Positions 31,997-41,588 of a stretch of 64,000 nucleotides of DNA are shown here, piece after piece (the first letter of the stretch is position 1; each line of letters begins with the position of its first letter). Made by a program: the position numbers and the translations under genes. The notes beneath the pieces are model-generated. The model searched no databases, had not been told where the DNA came from, and saw only the letters and a program-made list of their open reading frames with translations. Origin of the DNA: Limisphaerales bacterium (GTDB lineage Bacteria; Verrucomicrobiota; Verrucomicrobiia; Limisphaerales; JAJOIW01); the NCBI GenBank assembly GCA_965657355.1, contig CBFHOE010000010.1:32001-96000 (forward strand). Reading direction: 5' to 3'.

Positions 31997-32178
31997 ATAC
32001 GCGTATTTGATATGCCTGTTGCAGTCTTTGGGAGTAGGATTAATTTTAATTCGGTATGACTCGAATCAAATTGTGTCGAATACAATGGAACCAATGACCT
32101 CACACTTCAGTATAGTCAAGGCCACCTGGTAGAAACAATATTAACTTATCTTTAGTTAGAGAGTTATAAATTTAAAAA

Positions 32179-34389
32179 TTATTGTAACTCTGCCTCAGGG
32201 TCTTTGGAGGGATCGTTTAGAGATATACCTAAAACAACAGCTCCCTGCTTAGGACGATTACCATCAAGGTTGTCGATTTTCCGAGATTTTGAAGAAATAA
32301 AAATTTCCTCAACGGGCAAGCCTTTTAGTGTTAAAAGAGATTTAATTCTTTTGGCGCGCTCCAGACCCAGTTCATCACCAAATTTGACATATTCCTCAAG
32401 CGTGACATACCCGGTTAATTCGATACGTGATTCTATTCCTATGTCACGAGCCATTTGCAGAACTTCAACAATCTCTGAAAATACTTCATCAACCATAGAG
32501 CTTTCACCGGATAACAATAGGGTTTTATCCGTCTCAAATTGAATGCGCTTATTGTTAATTGAGAGAATTTTGGCATTTATGATTTCGACTGAAGAAGTCC
32601 TCAAGGATTGCGTTAATATTTTTGGCAGCTCAGGTTTTAGACCATCCATGGAAACTTCATGGACCCCAGCAATAGATGAAGCAAAAAGTCTCGCTTTTTC
32701 AATCCAGTCTTTAGAGGCAGTGCCAGATAGTATTAATCTTTTACCAAAGACAGTTAGTGAAACATTTGGCGTCGGATTCAAAAAGGAGCGCACCCTACGA
32801 AAAACCATCTCTGAGTCATTGGAATCAAATGGAAACATCTGGAGATTGAGACGATCGGATTCAGGATACTCAGAAATCACCTCGTTTGGATTTCGGGCAA
32901 AGGGATCTTTTAATAGCTGAATGTCCTTATTTTTTGCGTGAACAACCTGGATTCCAGGCTCATTATTTAAAGCGTCAATCATACGACTAACAGCTTCTTG
33001 GAATTGAGCTTGCTTCGAATTTACAAAATAAGATTGAATGAAAAACAAAAAAACCATGCATACTATCGCAGCGCTACCAATTAATGATGGTTTCCGGTTT
33101 TTACTTCTTTTGCTTTGGACCCAATCAGTCATTTTGATTTCCAGTGATTCATAAGAATCAGAAATCTTCGGACTAGCAGAATGCGATAGAAATATTTCGG
33201 GAAAATCATTATCTATTGATTGAACAAATTTTTTGAAATCTTCGACCTCGGAAGATTTGATTGAATCCGCATAATGCCCAATAGCACCACAACTACCGAC
33301 TTTACAGACTAATGAAGTCTGGCCGGTATCTGAAATTTTTGAAGTGAGGTAATGTTCGCCTTCATTTGGGTTTTCGTCATTATTTTCAAGTTCAGACCAA
33401 ATGATTTGAGCTGTTCCTTCAACTTCTTTCTCCCATTTGTGTGCCGGCATTTTATGGAAGTTCTCATTGGAAAAGTCGGTAGTTACATGACAGATAGGTT
33501 GATTCAGACCACAATGGTAAACCTTGATTCCCGTTGGATCATTTTCTACAGGGGGCAAAATGATTTTTTGAATCTCCTGTTTTTTTCGGATGGCTTGAAT
33601 TCTTTTTTTCCAAATTTCAGAATCAAAGATCGAATGTATATACCTGGTAGTATTTATGAAAAGATTTGAGATGACATTCCAAAAAATATTTTCATCTTGA
33701 GTAGAAAGGACTGATTTTTTAGGCATCCAAATTGTTTCAGGTAAAACTTCCTGCCTCGTCCCCGGCTCAGAGGCCTTATCTGAAATGACTTCATCTGCTT
33801 TTTCAATGGCTTCATCCCTCTCGTGCTGGCGGCCCAAAATTACAGGTTCTTCACTTTCACTTTTAATCGGATTGGGAAGTTCTGACTCTGTGGCGACCTC
33901 CCCAGCACCCTTTTGTTCTGAATTGTCTGTCCCTGTTTGGGCGGTGCTATGAGAAGTATTTTCCTCGAGGTTTTTGTCATTACTCACGAGATTTTCTTGT
34001 TCTTCATTTTCAAAATTTTCTGACTGCATGACATCCTTATCTCTTTTGATGTGTTCACCCACTAAACCCTCATTGGTAGAAGGCTCAGACTCGTTGCTCT
34101 CAATTTCTGCCTTCATCCCATCAGCCGGAAGAGGATCAGAAAAATCGGGCACAGGCTCGACTTGCTTTTGACTTTCCGAGTCAAAGTACGAAGATGCCAC
34201 AGGGCTTTTAGATTGCCCACTTTCCTTTCCTTCCATCTCTGCGATTTCGGATGAACTCAGAATTGGTTCAGGATCTGCCTGATAGGCTTCAAATTCCTTA
34301 ATCAAATCGTTAAGCGCAGCATTGATATCTTTATCTGCGACAGGTTCATCAGCAGAGACATCTTCTTTACCCTCAAAATTACTCTGCAT
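32179..34389 (-). CDS. Membrane-anchored protein: acidic disordered N-terminus, TM helix, BON-like and degenerate OmpA-C-like domains
   Basis: E/D/S-rich first ~230 aa; TM SLIGSAAIVCMVFLFFIQSYF; LNNEPGIQVV..LKDPFA; LILSGTASKDWI; IQFETD...IELTGY...LGLERAKRIKSLL. Confidence 0.6.
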   Translation of the reverse strand: MQSNFEGKEDVSADEPVADKDINAALNDLIKEFEAYQADPEPILSSSEIAEMEGKESGQSKSPVASSYFDSESQKQVEPVPDFSDPLPADGMKAEIESNESEPSTNEGLVGEHIKRDKDVMQSENFENEEQENLVSNDKNLEENTSHSTAQTGTDNSEQKGAGEVATESELPNPIKSESEEPVILGRQHERDEAIEKADEVISDKASEPGTRQEVLPETIWMPKKSVLSTQDENIFWNVISNLFINTTRYIHSIFDSEIWKKRIQAIRKKQEIQKIILPPVENDPTGIKVYHCGLNQPICHVTTDFSNENFHKMPAHKWEKEVEGTAQIIWSELENNDENPNEGEHYLTSKISDTGQTSLVCKVGSCGAIGHYADSIKSSEVEDFKKFVQSIDNDFPEIFLSHSASPKISDSYESLEIKMTDWVQSKRSKNRKPSLIGSAAIVCMVFLFFIQSYFVNSKQAQFQEAVSRMIDALNNEPGIQVVHAKNKDIQLLKDPFARNPNEVISEYPESDRLNLQMFPFDSNDSEMVFRRVRSFLNPTPNVSLTVFGKRLILSGTASKDWIEKARLFASSIAGVHEVSMDGLKPELPKILTQSLRTSSVEIINAKILSINNKRIQFETDKTLLLSGESSMVDEVFSEIVEVLQMARDIGIESRIELTGYVTLEEYVKFGDELGLERAKRIKSLLTLKGLPVEEIFISSKSRKIDNLDGNRPKQGAVVLGISLNDPSKDPEAELQ

Positions 34390-34413
34390 TGGAGTTTTAT
34401 CTCCGGATCAATT

Positions 34414-34441
34414 ATATCGGCTTAATTGGCCATTTGATTTA
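34414..34441 (-). promoter_or_regulatory. Putative sigma28 (FliA/WhiG)-type promoter
   Basis: Minus strand TAAA-N16-GCCGATAT, 24 nt upstream of the ATG at 34389. Confidence 0.45.
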
Positions 34442-34658
34442 CCAATGGTTTAGAAAGCCGCGTCCAAGACTAAACCCGGAATATCATTTAAAAATAGGCA
34501 TATGAGATCCAATCAACCCCCAAAAAAGCAATAATTTCTGGGCCAAAGTATGATTTGGATTTAAAAAAACTCAATTTTATCCTCCACTTTTAAATCGATA
34601 TGGATTTGCTAACAAATCAGCTTGAAGCCAAAGTCATTTAAGGTTTTCCTATACTTAA

Positions 34659-35846
34659 TTGTTCTGTTGTCCCTATTTGGTGGTGAGAAATAAAAATTCA
34701 AGTTCATCTCTTGGAGTGAAATCTGCTGAGAAATGTCAGATTGAGATCTCTGGGGATGGTTCAATCAGAGTCACCCTCCCTTGTTCTCTTGATTTTAACT
34801 CTGTCGGCGAGAGTTGGTCTGAAGTTGTAAAAACAATCAAAAAATCGAAAAATAACACTCCAATAATTGTTGATGGAAGCCAATTAACATTTTGCGACTC
34901 CGCAGGCGTGCGATTTCTTGCTGAAATCAAATCCATTACAACTACCTCTGGAGTGGAGTTACAAATAGCTGATCTTCCAGAAACAACTGTAATTAAAATC
35001 AGGGAATTCGATCGATTCAAAGCACAAGATTGGAGATCAAGAGGCGACAAAGCGGGTAATATATTCAAAGCTACAGGGAAAGGCATTGTCAGCATCCTCA
35101 AAGATTTGGCCACTCAGATCGAATTTCTCGGTGAATTACTGGTCCAAACCGTCGTCTACCTCTCAAAACCGACAAAAATTCCCTGGCGCGATATTATATC
35201 TATCTCAGAAAAAGTTGGAGCTCGGGCTATTGGGCTTGTCTCCCTCATAAGTTTTCTGATTGGTCTTATCATGGCTTTTCAGTCTGCGATTCCAATGAAG
35301 AAATTTGGAGCCGAGCTCTTTGTTGCAGACCTGGTCGGTATCTCATTAGTGAGGGAATTAGCTCCTTTAATGACGGCACTATTAATCGCGGGTCGAAGCG
35401 GAGCTGCCTTTGCTGCGGAAATCGGGACAATGAAAGTCAATGAGGAGATTGATGCCCTGACCACAATGGGATTAAAACCCGTCCGTTATCTCGTTGTCAG
35501 CAGAGTCATTGCAACGATACTCATGACACCTATTCTGACGTCTTACGCCGTCTTCATGGGGCTTGCTGGTGGAGGATTAGTTTTTTGCTCGTTTGGTTTT
35601 CCATTGGTCACTTTTTTCAATCAATTGGACTTAGCGGTAAAAGTTATGGATTTTGTTGGTGGGACAGCGAAATCCTTTGTATTTGGATTTATCGTGGCAG
35701 CCATCGGGTGTTTAAGAGGTATACAGGCTAAAAGTGGGGCAAGTGCTGTCGGGCGCTCTACAACTTCAGCCGTTGTTACGGGAATTATTCTCATTGTCGT
35801 GGCAGATGGAGTATTCTCAGTAATTTATTATTTCTTAGGAATCTAA
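34659..35846 (+). CDS. mlaE: MlaE family lipid ABC transporter permease with N-terminal STAS domain (start uncertain)
   Basis: FCDSAG STAS motif; RELAPLMTALLIAGRSGAAFAAEIGTMKVNEEIDAL; GASAVGRSTTSAVV. Confidence 0.93.
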   Translation: MFCCPYLVVRNKNSSSSLGVKSAEKCQIEISGDGSIRVTLPCSLDFNSVGESWSEVVKTIKKSKNNTPIIVDGSQLTFCDSAGVRFLAEIKSITTTSGVELQIADLPETTVIKIREFDRFKAQDWRSRGDKAGNIFKATGKGIVSILKDLATQIEFLGELLVQTVVYLSKPTKIPWRDIISISEKVGARAIGLVSLISFLIGLIMAFQSAIPMKKFGAELFVADLVGISLVRELAPLMTALLIAGRSGAAFAAEIGTMKVNEEIDALTTMGLKPVRYLVVSRVIATILMTPILTSYAVFMGLAGGGLVFCSFGFPLVTFFNQLDLAVKVMDFVGGTAKSFVFGFIVAAIGCLRGIQAKSGASAVGRSTTSAVVTGIILIVVADGVFSVIYYFLGI

Positions 35847-35852
35847 TACCTT

Positions 35853-36635
35853 ATGGCAGAAAAAATGATAAATGAACAAGAGCCTGCTATTTCTGTCCGA
35901 GAATTCAAAACGGGTTACGATGACTCCGTCCTTTTGGAGAAAATAAATTTCGATGTATTAAGAAAAGAAGTGTTTGTCATTTTAGGAGGATCGGGATGCG
36001 GAAAAAGCACCCTATTAAAACACCTCATTGGCCTGCATAAACCCTGGGAAGGTTCCATAAAAATTTTAGGTAATGAATTAACGCATTCAAAAGAAGGCGA
36101 AATGAATTCAATACGCCGACAATTCGGAGTCATGTATCAAAGCGGGGCTTTATTTGGGTCAATGACACTTTTGCAAAATGTCAGCCTTCCCATTAAAGAA
36201 TGGACGAAACTTCCAGACTCAGCAGTGAAAGACATCGCATTATGGCGGTTGAGTCAGGTAGGGCTCGGTAATTTCAGTGACTTCGTACCATCAGAAATAA
36301 GCGGAGGGATGCGCAAAAGAGCTGCTATAGCTCGCGCCATGGCCATGGACCCTCAAATCCTCTTTCTTGATGAACCCGGTGCGGGGCTCGACCCAATCAC
36401 GTCAGCAGATTTGGATCAGCTTATTTTAAAGCTAAGAGATGAGCTAGGTATGACATTTGTCGTGGTCACACACGAATTGGAAAGTGTTTTTAATATCGCA
36501 TCTACCTGCATCATGTTGGATAAAGAGACAAAAGGCATCATTGGAATGGGCCAGCCAAGCCAACTTAGAGATGAATGCGAAAACCCAAAAGTCAGGCAAT
36601 TTTTCAGCAGAACGCCAACAACGGATAATTCATAA
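35853..36635 (+). CDS. mlaF: MlaF family ABC transporter ATP-binding protein
   Basis: Walker A GGSGCGKS; QSGALFGSMT; ISGGMRKRAAIARA; FLDEPGAGLDP; VVVTHEL. Confidence 0.93.
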   Translation: MAEKMINEQEPAISVREFKTGYDDSVLLEKINFDVLRKEVFVILGGSGCGKSTLLKHLIGLHKPWEGSIKILGNELTHSKEGEMNSIRRQFGVMYQSGALFGSMTLLQNVSLPIKEWTKLPDSAVKDIALWRLSQVGLGNFSDFVPSEISGGMRKRAAIARAMAMDPQILFLDEPGAGLDPITSADLDQLILKLRDELGMTFVVVTHELESVFNIASTCIMLDKETKGIIGMGQPSQLRDECENPKVRQFFSRTPTTDNS

Positions 36636-36638
36636 CTT

Positions 36639-37631
36639 ATGAATCATAGGACGCCTTATTTAACAATTGGAATATTCACGCTAGTCGGAATAGTGCTTTT
36701 AGTCGTTGGCATCTTAATGTTTGGAGCTGGCCGGGTATTGGAGCAAAGAATTATAATGGAGACCTATATTGATGAATCCGTTCAGGGATTGGATGAAGGG
36801 TCAGCAGTCAAACTTCGAGGTGTAAAAGTTGGCAATGTTCAAGAAATCAATTTCACAAGGAATTTTTATGAACTGAACTTACCGTATGAAAAAAGACGAA
36901 ACTACGTTTTAGTCAAATTCGAGCTTCAACCAAAGGCGATTGGTATTGACGACACTTCAAAGCTTCAACTTGCCTTAAAAAAATTAACTCAAGGCGGCCT
37001 TAGAGTAAGGCTTGCTTCAGCAAACCTTACCGGGGTCGCCTATCTGGAATTAGATTCTTCAGAAAAATACAAGGAAGACAAATTGGATTATGATTGGAAC
37101 CCAATCAACCCGTATGTACCGTCAACTTCGAGCTCGATTTCAAGATTATTGGCTGCTGTGGAGAGTGTTTTTGAAAAGCTCGAATCTATCGATATAACCA
37201 CGGTCATTTCAAATTTAGAAAAAACCTTGAGCACACTGGAAAACAAAATATCAAATATAGATACGGCTGCAATCAGCGACGGAACTGAAAAACTTCTGAC
37301 TGAATTGAGAGGGACAAACAAGCAATTCCAAGGATTGATGGAAGACCTCGACGCACAAAAGCTATCGAACCAAGCTTCCCAAACCCTTATTTCCATACAA
37401 AATAAAATAAACGCCCTGGACCTAGATCAAGTCATTGAATCTCTCGAACATTCCATGACCCAAATCGATTCTATCACCGGAGTGGTCGCAGGAAATAGAA
37501 AATCACTGAGTGCGACACTTCAAAATTTTGAGCTCATATCAAATGCCATCAGAGAACTCAGTGTGGAGATAAAAAATAATCCATCAGGAATTATACTCGG
37601 CTCACCACCTGAAAAAATACTTCGAAGATAA
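36639..37631 (+). CDS. mlaD: MlaD/MCE family protein with helical C-terminal region
   Basis: N-terminal TM; ESVQGLDEGSAVKLRGVKVGNV; LTGVAYLEL; C-terminal NPSGIILG. Confidence 0.9.
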   Translation: MNHRTPYLTIGIFTLVGIVLLVVGILMFGAGRVLEQRIIMETYIDESVQGLDEGSAVKLRGVKVGNVQEINFTRNFYELNLPYEKRRNYVLVKFELQPKAIGIDDTSKLQLALKKLTQGGLRVRLASANLTGVAYLELDSSEKYKEDKLDYDWNPINPYVPSTSSSISRLLAAVESVFEKLESIDITTVISNLEKTLSTLENKISNIDTAAISDGTEKLLTELRGTNKQFQGLMEDLDAQKLSNQASQTLISIQNKINALDLDQVIESLEHSMTQIDSITGVVAGNRKSLSATLQNFELISNAIRELSVEIKNNPSGIILGSPPEKILRR

Positions 37632-37670
37632 AATATTTCACACCGACCCACAGGGAACAAAAAATCCAAT

Positions 37671-38363
37671 ATGAACCATTTCAAGCAAAAGTTTTTTTTT
37701 AGTTCGCACCTATTAAATGAAGCGAATGGCTGGAAGTTATTAGGCAACTTTTTGATACTTGCAGGGTTATTTTCATTTTCAGGTTGTTCCTTTCTCAAAA
37801 CCAGAGATCTTCCGAAAGCATATAAAATATCAGTATCGAGGGAAACGACCGAAAAAACTCAAAAAGGGGAGTTCGACAGCATTGTTATCGAGGTATTACC
37901 GTTCTCGTCAAATAAGCCCTTTGATTCCACGCTGATTCAAATATTGGGTGATAATAAAGTTTGGAAAGAAGATTACTACAATCAGATATTCATCAGTCCG
38001 GATATTTTAATCAGTCAAGATTTAAGAAAATGGCTATCCGATACGGAAGCTTTTAAAAATGTTTCCTTACCCATCACACGCGAAGATACCAACGTAGTAA
38101 TCCATGGGAACGTGGAGAAGTTTTTTATAAATGCATCAAACCCTAAATCTCCTGCGTCCACAGTTTCATTAAAATTCTCTGTGACTTGGAATGACGACAC
38201 CAAAATTGAAAATGAGGTGACCCAATCATTCAAGTACGAAAGTGAAATACCAATTCCTGGATTAAAGACGGAATACGTCATCGAGGGACTGGAAATAGCA
38301 TTGGAAGAGGTTTTCAGGTTGTTTGAACAAGACCTTTATTCCTTTTTATCTGGTGTAATGTAG
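37671..38363 (+). CDS. ABC-type transport auxiliary lipoprotein (PqiC-like)
   Basis: Lipobox-like LFSFSGC; DYYNQIFISP; last gene of the mlaEFD cluster. Confidence 0.7.
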   Translation: MNHFKQKFFFSSHLLNEANGWKLLGNFLILAGLFSFSGCSFLKTRDLPKAYKISVSRETTEKTQKGEFDSIVIEVLPFSSNKPFDSTLIQILGDNKVWKEDYYNQIFISPDILISQDLRKWLSDTEAFKNVSLPITREDTNVVIHGNVEKFFINASNPKSPASTVSLKFSVTWNDDTKIENEVTQSFKYESEIPIPGLKTEYVIEGLEIALEEVFRLFEQDLYSFLSGVM

Positions 38364-38376
38364 TTCTGCGGGCGGG

Positions 38377-39900
38377 CTATTTGGATTCTTTTTTCTCTTC
38401 GCTTTGGATCGCACTTCCCTTATTGGGTATGAGATCTTCTGAAGGAACAACCCCGTATTTTAGCTCGGCCGAACGCATTATTATGGATCTTCTGAAAAGG
38501 TCAGCCTTATCTAATTCTTTAACAACTCGATTCAATGCCAGTATGGATAATCCCTCAGGCATCTTTTTACGGGAGTTTCTGGAATATTTTGACCGGTGGG
38601 ATAAATAATTATCAATAATAGAGATATAGTTTCCAATCGTATCTAAAACCAATGGATGGCTCTGGGCATGAAGGAACAAAAGCCGATTGTAAGTCCGCGC
38701 AAGATTGTCAGAATGTTCTCGAAATGATGTCTGGGCTAAATAATCTTGAAGCTTCATTGGCTCAGGAGCATTCAATAATTCCAAACCATTTTGAGGCAAC
38801 CCATCAGCTTCGTAATTTGAGTTCGAATCATCATCGGCGTCTTCAATTGATTCAAAGCGCAACAGGAGCTGCTCGAGTCGAGTCATCGACTCAAAAGGTT
38901 GTAACATTGAAAGCTCATTTCTTCTCAAAATTTTTATTCCTTGAATGGTCCACCATTTTTCAATTTCAAGAAAAGTTCCGAAATAGTTTTGGTAGGCATC
39001 CATAAAACTCAACTGCCAATTTAACCGCCGACTAAGACTTTTCAGCCAATCGAGTAAGATTAACTTACCCTTCGGAAGCTCACAAAGTTTCCTCATAAAT
39101 ACATGAGCTGACACATCATAATAAGTCCTCAACTCATCGGCAAAGGCTTCTGGAGGGGGAAAACTTAGCTCTTCAAATGACATTGGGGTCTGCCTATCCA
39201 AGAGCTTGTGTGAAACAGCAAGCGGATCGACAAACTGCTGATTAATATGGATTTTTTGATCGGGTTCCAACAAGGGTCTCCATAATGAACCTTCCAGAAA
39301 TTCTCTCTCCAAAGCGCGTACGATCCACAAAGGAGGAGGCTCCTGGTGAGGGCCAGGGTGCTGCAATAAAAATTCTCTAAGGACAATGCCAACAAGTAAT
39401 CTTCCTAGTTTTTTCCTCTGAATAAAATAGGGAAGTTCGCTGATAATTTGGGTTTGATCTTTGAGATTCCTTATTTGAACAACGACATCTGCTCCCGGCT
39501 CTAGGAGTGGATTGATTTTGAAAAAAACGCGGTTCTCCCAATTTCTCGGAATGCCGAAAAACATATAGTAGCTAGCAGCTACTCTTTCGGCCATCACCAC
39601 CAAAAGATCGGCATCCAGTCGAAGCATTTTATTTTCGATGCCCTTGATAGGATCTTTAATGGTATCAGCATTAATAACAGACTCTAGGACATGAAACTGT
39701 TGGCTGTGGCTTCGAACCACATCTCTATTCTTAATCCCACCAAACAGCTCTTTCTCAATGATTTCCTGATCATTGAACCCGACTTGCTGGCCGACCACAA
39801 AAAATTGAGATACCAAAAAAATTACCGAAAGAATAATGAAATATCTGAAACTCCGTTGTGAGCCTTTTGTGTATAAACTTTTTTTCATGTGTTCCAGCAC
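38377..39900 (-). CDS. Hypothetical exported or membrane-anchored protein
   Basis: 507-aa ORF with an N-terminal hydrophobic segment and globular composition; no motif I can assign confidently. Confidence 0.7.
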   Translation of the reverse strand: MLEHMKKSLYTKGSQRSFRYFIILSVIFLVSQFFVVGQQVGFNDQEIIEKELFGGIKNRDVVRSHSQQFHVLESVINADTIKDPIKGIENKMLRLDADLLVVMAERVAASYYMFFGIPRNWENRVFFKINPLLEPGADVVVQIRNLKDQTQIISELPYFIQRKKLGRLLVGIVLREFLLQHPGPHQEPPPLWIVRALEREFLEGSLWRPLLEPDQKIHINQQFVDPLAVSHKLLDRQTPMSFEELSFPPPEAFADELRTYYDVSAHVFMRKLCELPKGKLILLDWLKSLSRRLNWQLSFMDAYQNYFGTFLEIEKWWTIQGIKILRRNELSMLQPFESMTRLEQLLLRFESIEDADDDSNSNYEADGLPQNGLELLNAPEPMKLQDYLAQTSFREHSDNLARTYNRLLFLHAQSHPLVLDTIGNYISIIDNYLSHRSKYSRNSRKKMPEGLSILALNRVVKELDKADLFRRSIIMRSAELKYGVVPSEDLIPNKGSAIQSEEKKESK

Positions 39901-39972
39901 TCTTTTAAGTTGGAGTCATTCCTGGAATCAATGTTACCTACTGATTCATTTGAGAATCTTAAAGATAGGACT

Positions 39973-40269
39973 CTAACTTTTCTTTTTGCTAGATTTTTTG
40001 GACGTAGATTTGGATGTGGAGGTTTTCGAGCTGGAGCTTTTGGAACCTTCCTTGTCTTTTTTAGCCCCCGATTTATAGCTCTCGCTCCTATAATCAGTAA
40101 TGTAAAATCCTGAACCTTTAAAGATAAGCCCTGCCCCACCCCCGATGGCTCGCTTCACGGGTCCTGGACAGTTTTTTTTGGGACAGTCTGTAAGGTGATC
40201 GTCATTCATTGACTGAAAAACCTCAAATTCTTTTCCGCATTTCTCACATATGTATTCGTAAGTGGGCAT
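39973..40269 (-). CDS. FmdB family zinc-ribbon protein
   Basis: MPTYEYICEKCGKEFEVFQSMND..LTDCP...C; GLIFKGSGFYITDY; K/S-rich tail. Confidence 0.92.
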   Translation of the reverse strand: MPTYEYICEKCGKEFEVFQSMNDDHLTDCPKKNCPGPVKRAIGGGAGLIFKGSGFYITDYRSESYKSGAKKDKEGSKSSSSKTSTSKSTSKKSSKKKS

Positions 40270-40406
40270 ATTTACTCAAACTTAACTAGGAAAGCATAAA
40301 GGATGCGTCAAGCTCCAGGAAAATGAAACCCATTAAATGCGAGCTCATGAAATAAATCATACCAATGGAATTGACAAATGGAGCAGCGGGCACTTTGTTT
40401 CTTACT

Positions 40407-41579
40407 ATGAGGAAGGGTTTTCCAAAGAAAATAAAGTGGGTTTTCTGGGCAGTCTCAGCCCTGGTATTTTCTATTAATTCACAAGCCTCCAAACCTATCG
40501 TTACTCTTTTGAACCCAGACAATGGAACAGCTGGGGACAAAATACGAATTTTAGGCCAGAATTTTAACGAAATTATGGGCATAACTTTCAATGGTGTTCT
40601 CGCTCCATCTTTTGTGGTTACAGCGCAAAATCAACTTGAAGTCACGGTCCCCGCAGGTGCAAATTCTGGTCCAATTTCTGTCCAGAACAGCTCAGGAATT
40701 GGTATTTCCGAGGATATTTTTACAATCTACAACCCAGGCCCAAGACCCTTTTCATTTGAGCCAGCGAAGGGTCAGGTTAATGATATTGTCACTATCCTAG
40801 GTGATAAATTCACGAGCCAAACACAGGTATATTTCCACAATAATATTCGGGCCACACAAGTAGAGATTGTGGCGCAAGGAGAATTGAGGGTCGTCGTCCC
40901 CGCCGAAGCTCAGACAGGGCCTATCACGTTGGCCGGTCCATTTGGATCAAATACGACTGCACGTGATTTTAATGTGGTGGTGTCCAATGATTTGGAATTT
41001 TCCATAACGACACCTTCTCAAGCATTTTCGGTTGGAGAAACCTCGTTCGTGGATTGGAAGATCAAAAGCTCGTCTCTTGTGGAGTCAATCGATGTTGAAT
41101 TGACGTTGCTCATACCCGACAGAGGAATTGTGCTTGAAAAGGTTCACTCTGATATTGGAACACCTACAAGCTTGGGTAGATTCTATCAAATATCAAATGT
41201 CAATATTCCAGCAGGGGAGTCGTGGGTTGGCAGAATACAATTCATTCCAACAGATTCAGCTATTCCATTTTCGTTCGAAGGATCAATTGCTTCTCCGGAC
41301 GAGGACCCTAACTCGGAAAATAATTCCATGGTCATTGGGTATAGTGCCACTATCAGGCAACCAGAGATTGCAATTTCCGTTGTTCAAAATGGAAAAGTAA
41401 AACTTGAATGGCCAGCCTATCCCAGCGACTGGCAGGTCATTAAAAAAAGTGGATTGCAGCCATTTTCATTTTGGACTCTCGAGACATCAACCCCGTCATT
41501 GAACAAAAATAAAAAATTCATAATTATTAATCCAACAAATGAGGATGGGGATTTAGTTGTTTATCAATTGAGGCGATAA
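40407..41579 (+). CDS. Secreted protein with two IPT/TIG domains, a DUF11-like domain and a C-terminal FFRL-like domain
   Basis: ORF track starts at 40365; the ATG at 40407 gives a clean signal peptide. G..GD...I.G..F....V.F...VVP..A.(S/T)GPI twice; EDPNSENN; tail VKLEWP...W...VYQL. Confidence 0.8.
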   Translation: MRKGFPKKIKWVFWAVSALVFSINSQASKPIVTLLNPDNGTAGDKIRILGQNFNEIMGITFNGVLAPSFVVTAQNQLEVTVPAGANSGPISVQNSSGIGISEDIFTIYNPGPRPFSFEPAKGQVNDIVTILGDKFTSQTQVYFHNNIRATQVEIVAQGELRVVVPAEAQTGPITLAGPFGSNTTARDFNVVVSNDLEFSITTPSQAFSVGETSFVDWKIKSSSLVESIDVELTLLIPDRGIVLEKVHSDIGTPTSLGRFYQISNVNIPAGESWVGRIQFIPTDSAIPFSFEGSIASPDEDPNSENNSMVIGYSATIRQPEIAISVVQNGKVKLEWPAYPSDWQVIKKSGLQPFSFWTLETSTPSLNKNKKFIIINPTNEDGDLVVYQLRR

Positions 41580-41588
41580 TGGAAAGTA

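Noticed and set aside
38377..39900. Calling this protein a zinc peptidase (MA clan-like) from EPPPLW and its helical core
   Set aside because: There is no HExxH motif, so it is left as hypothetical.
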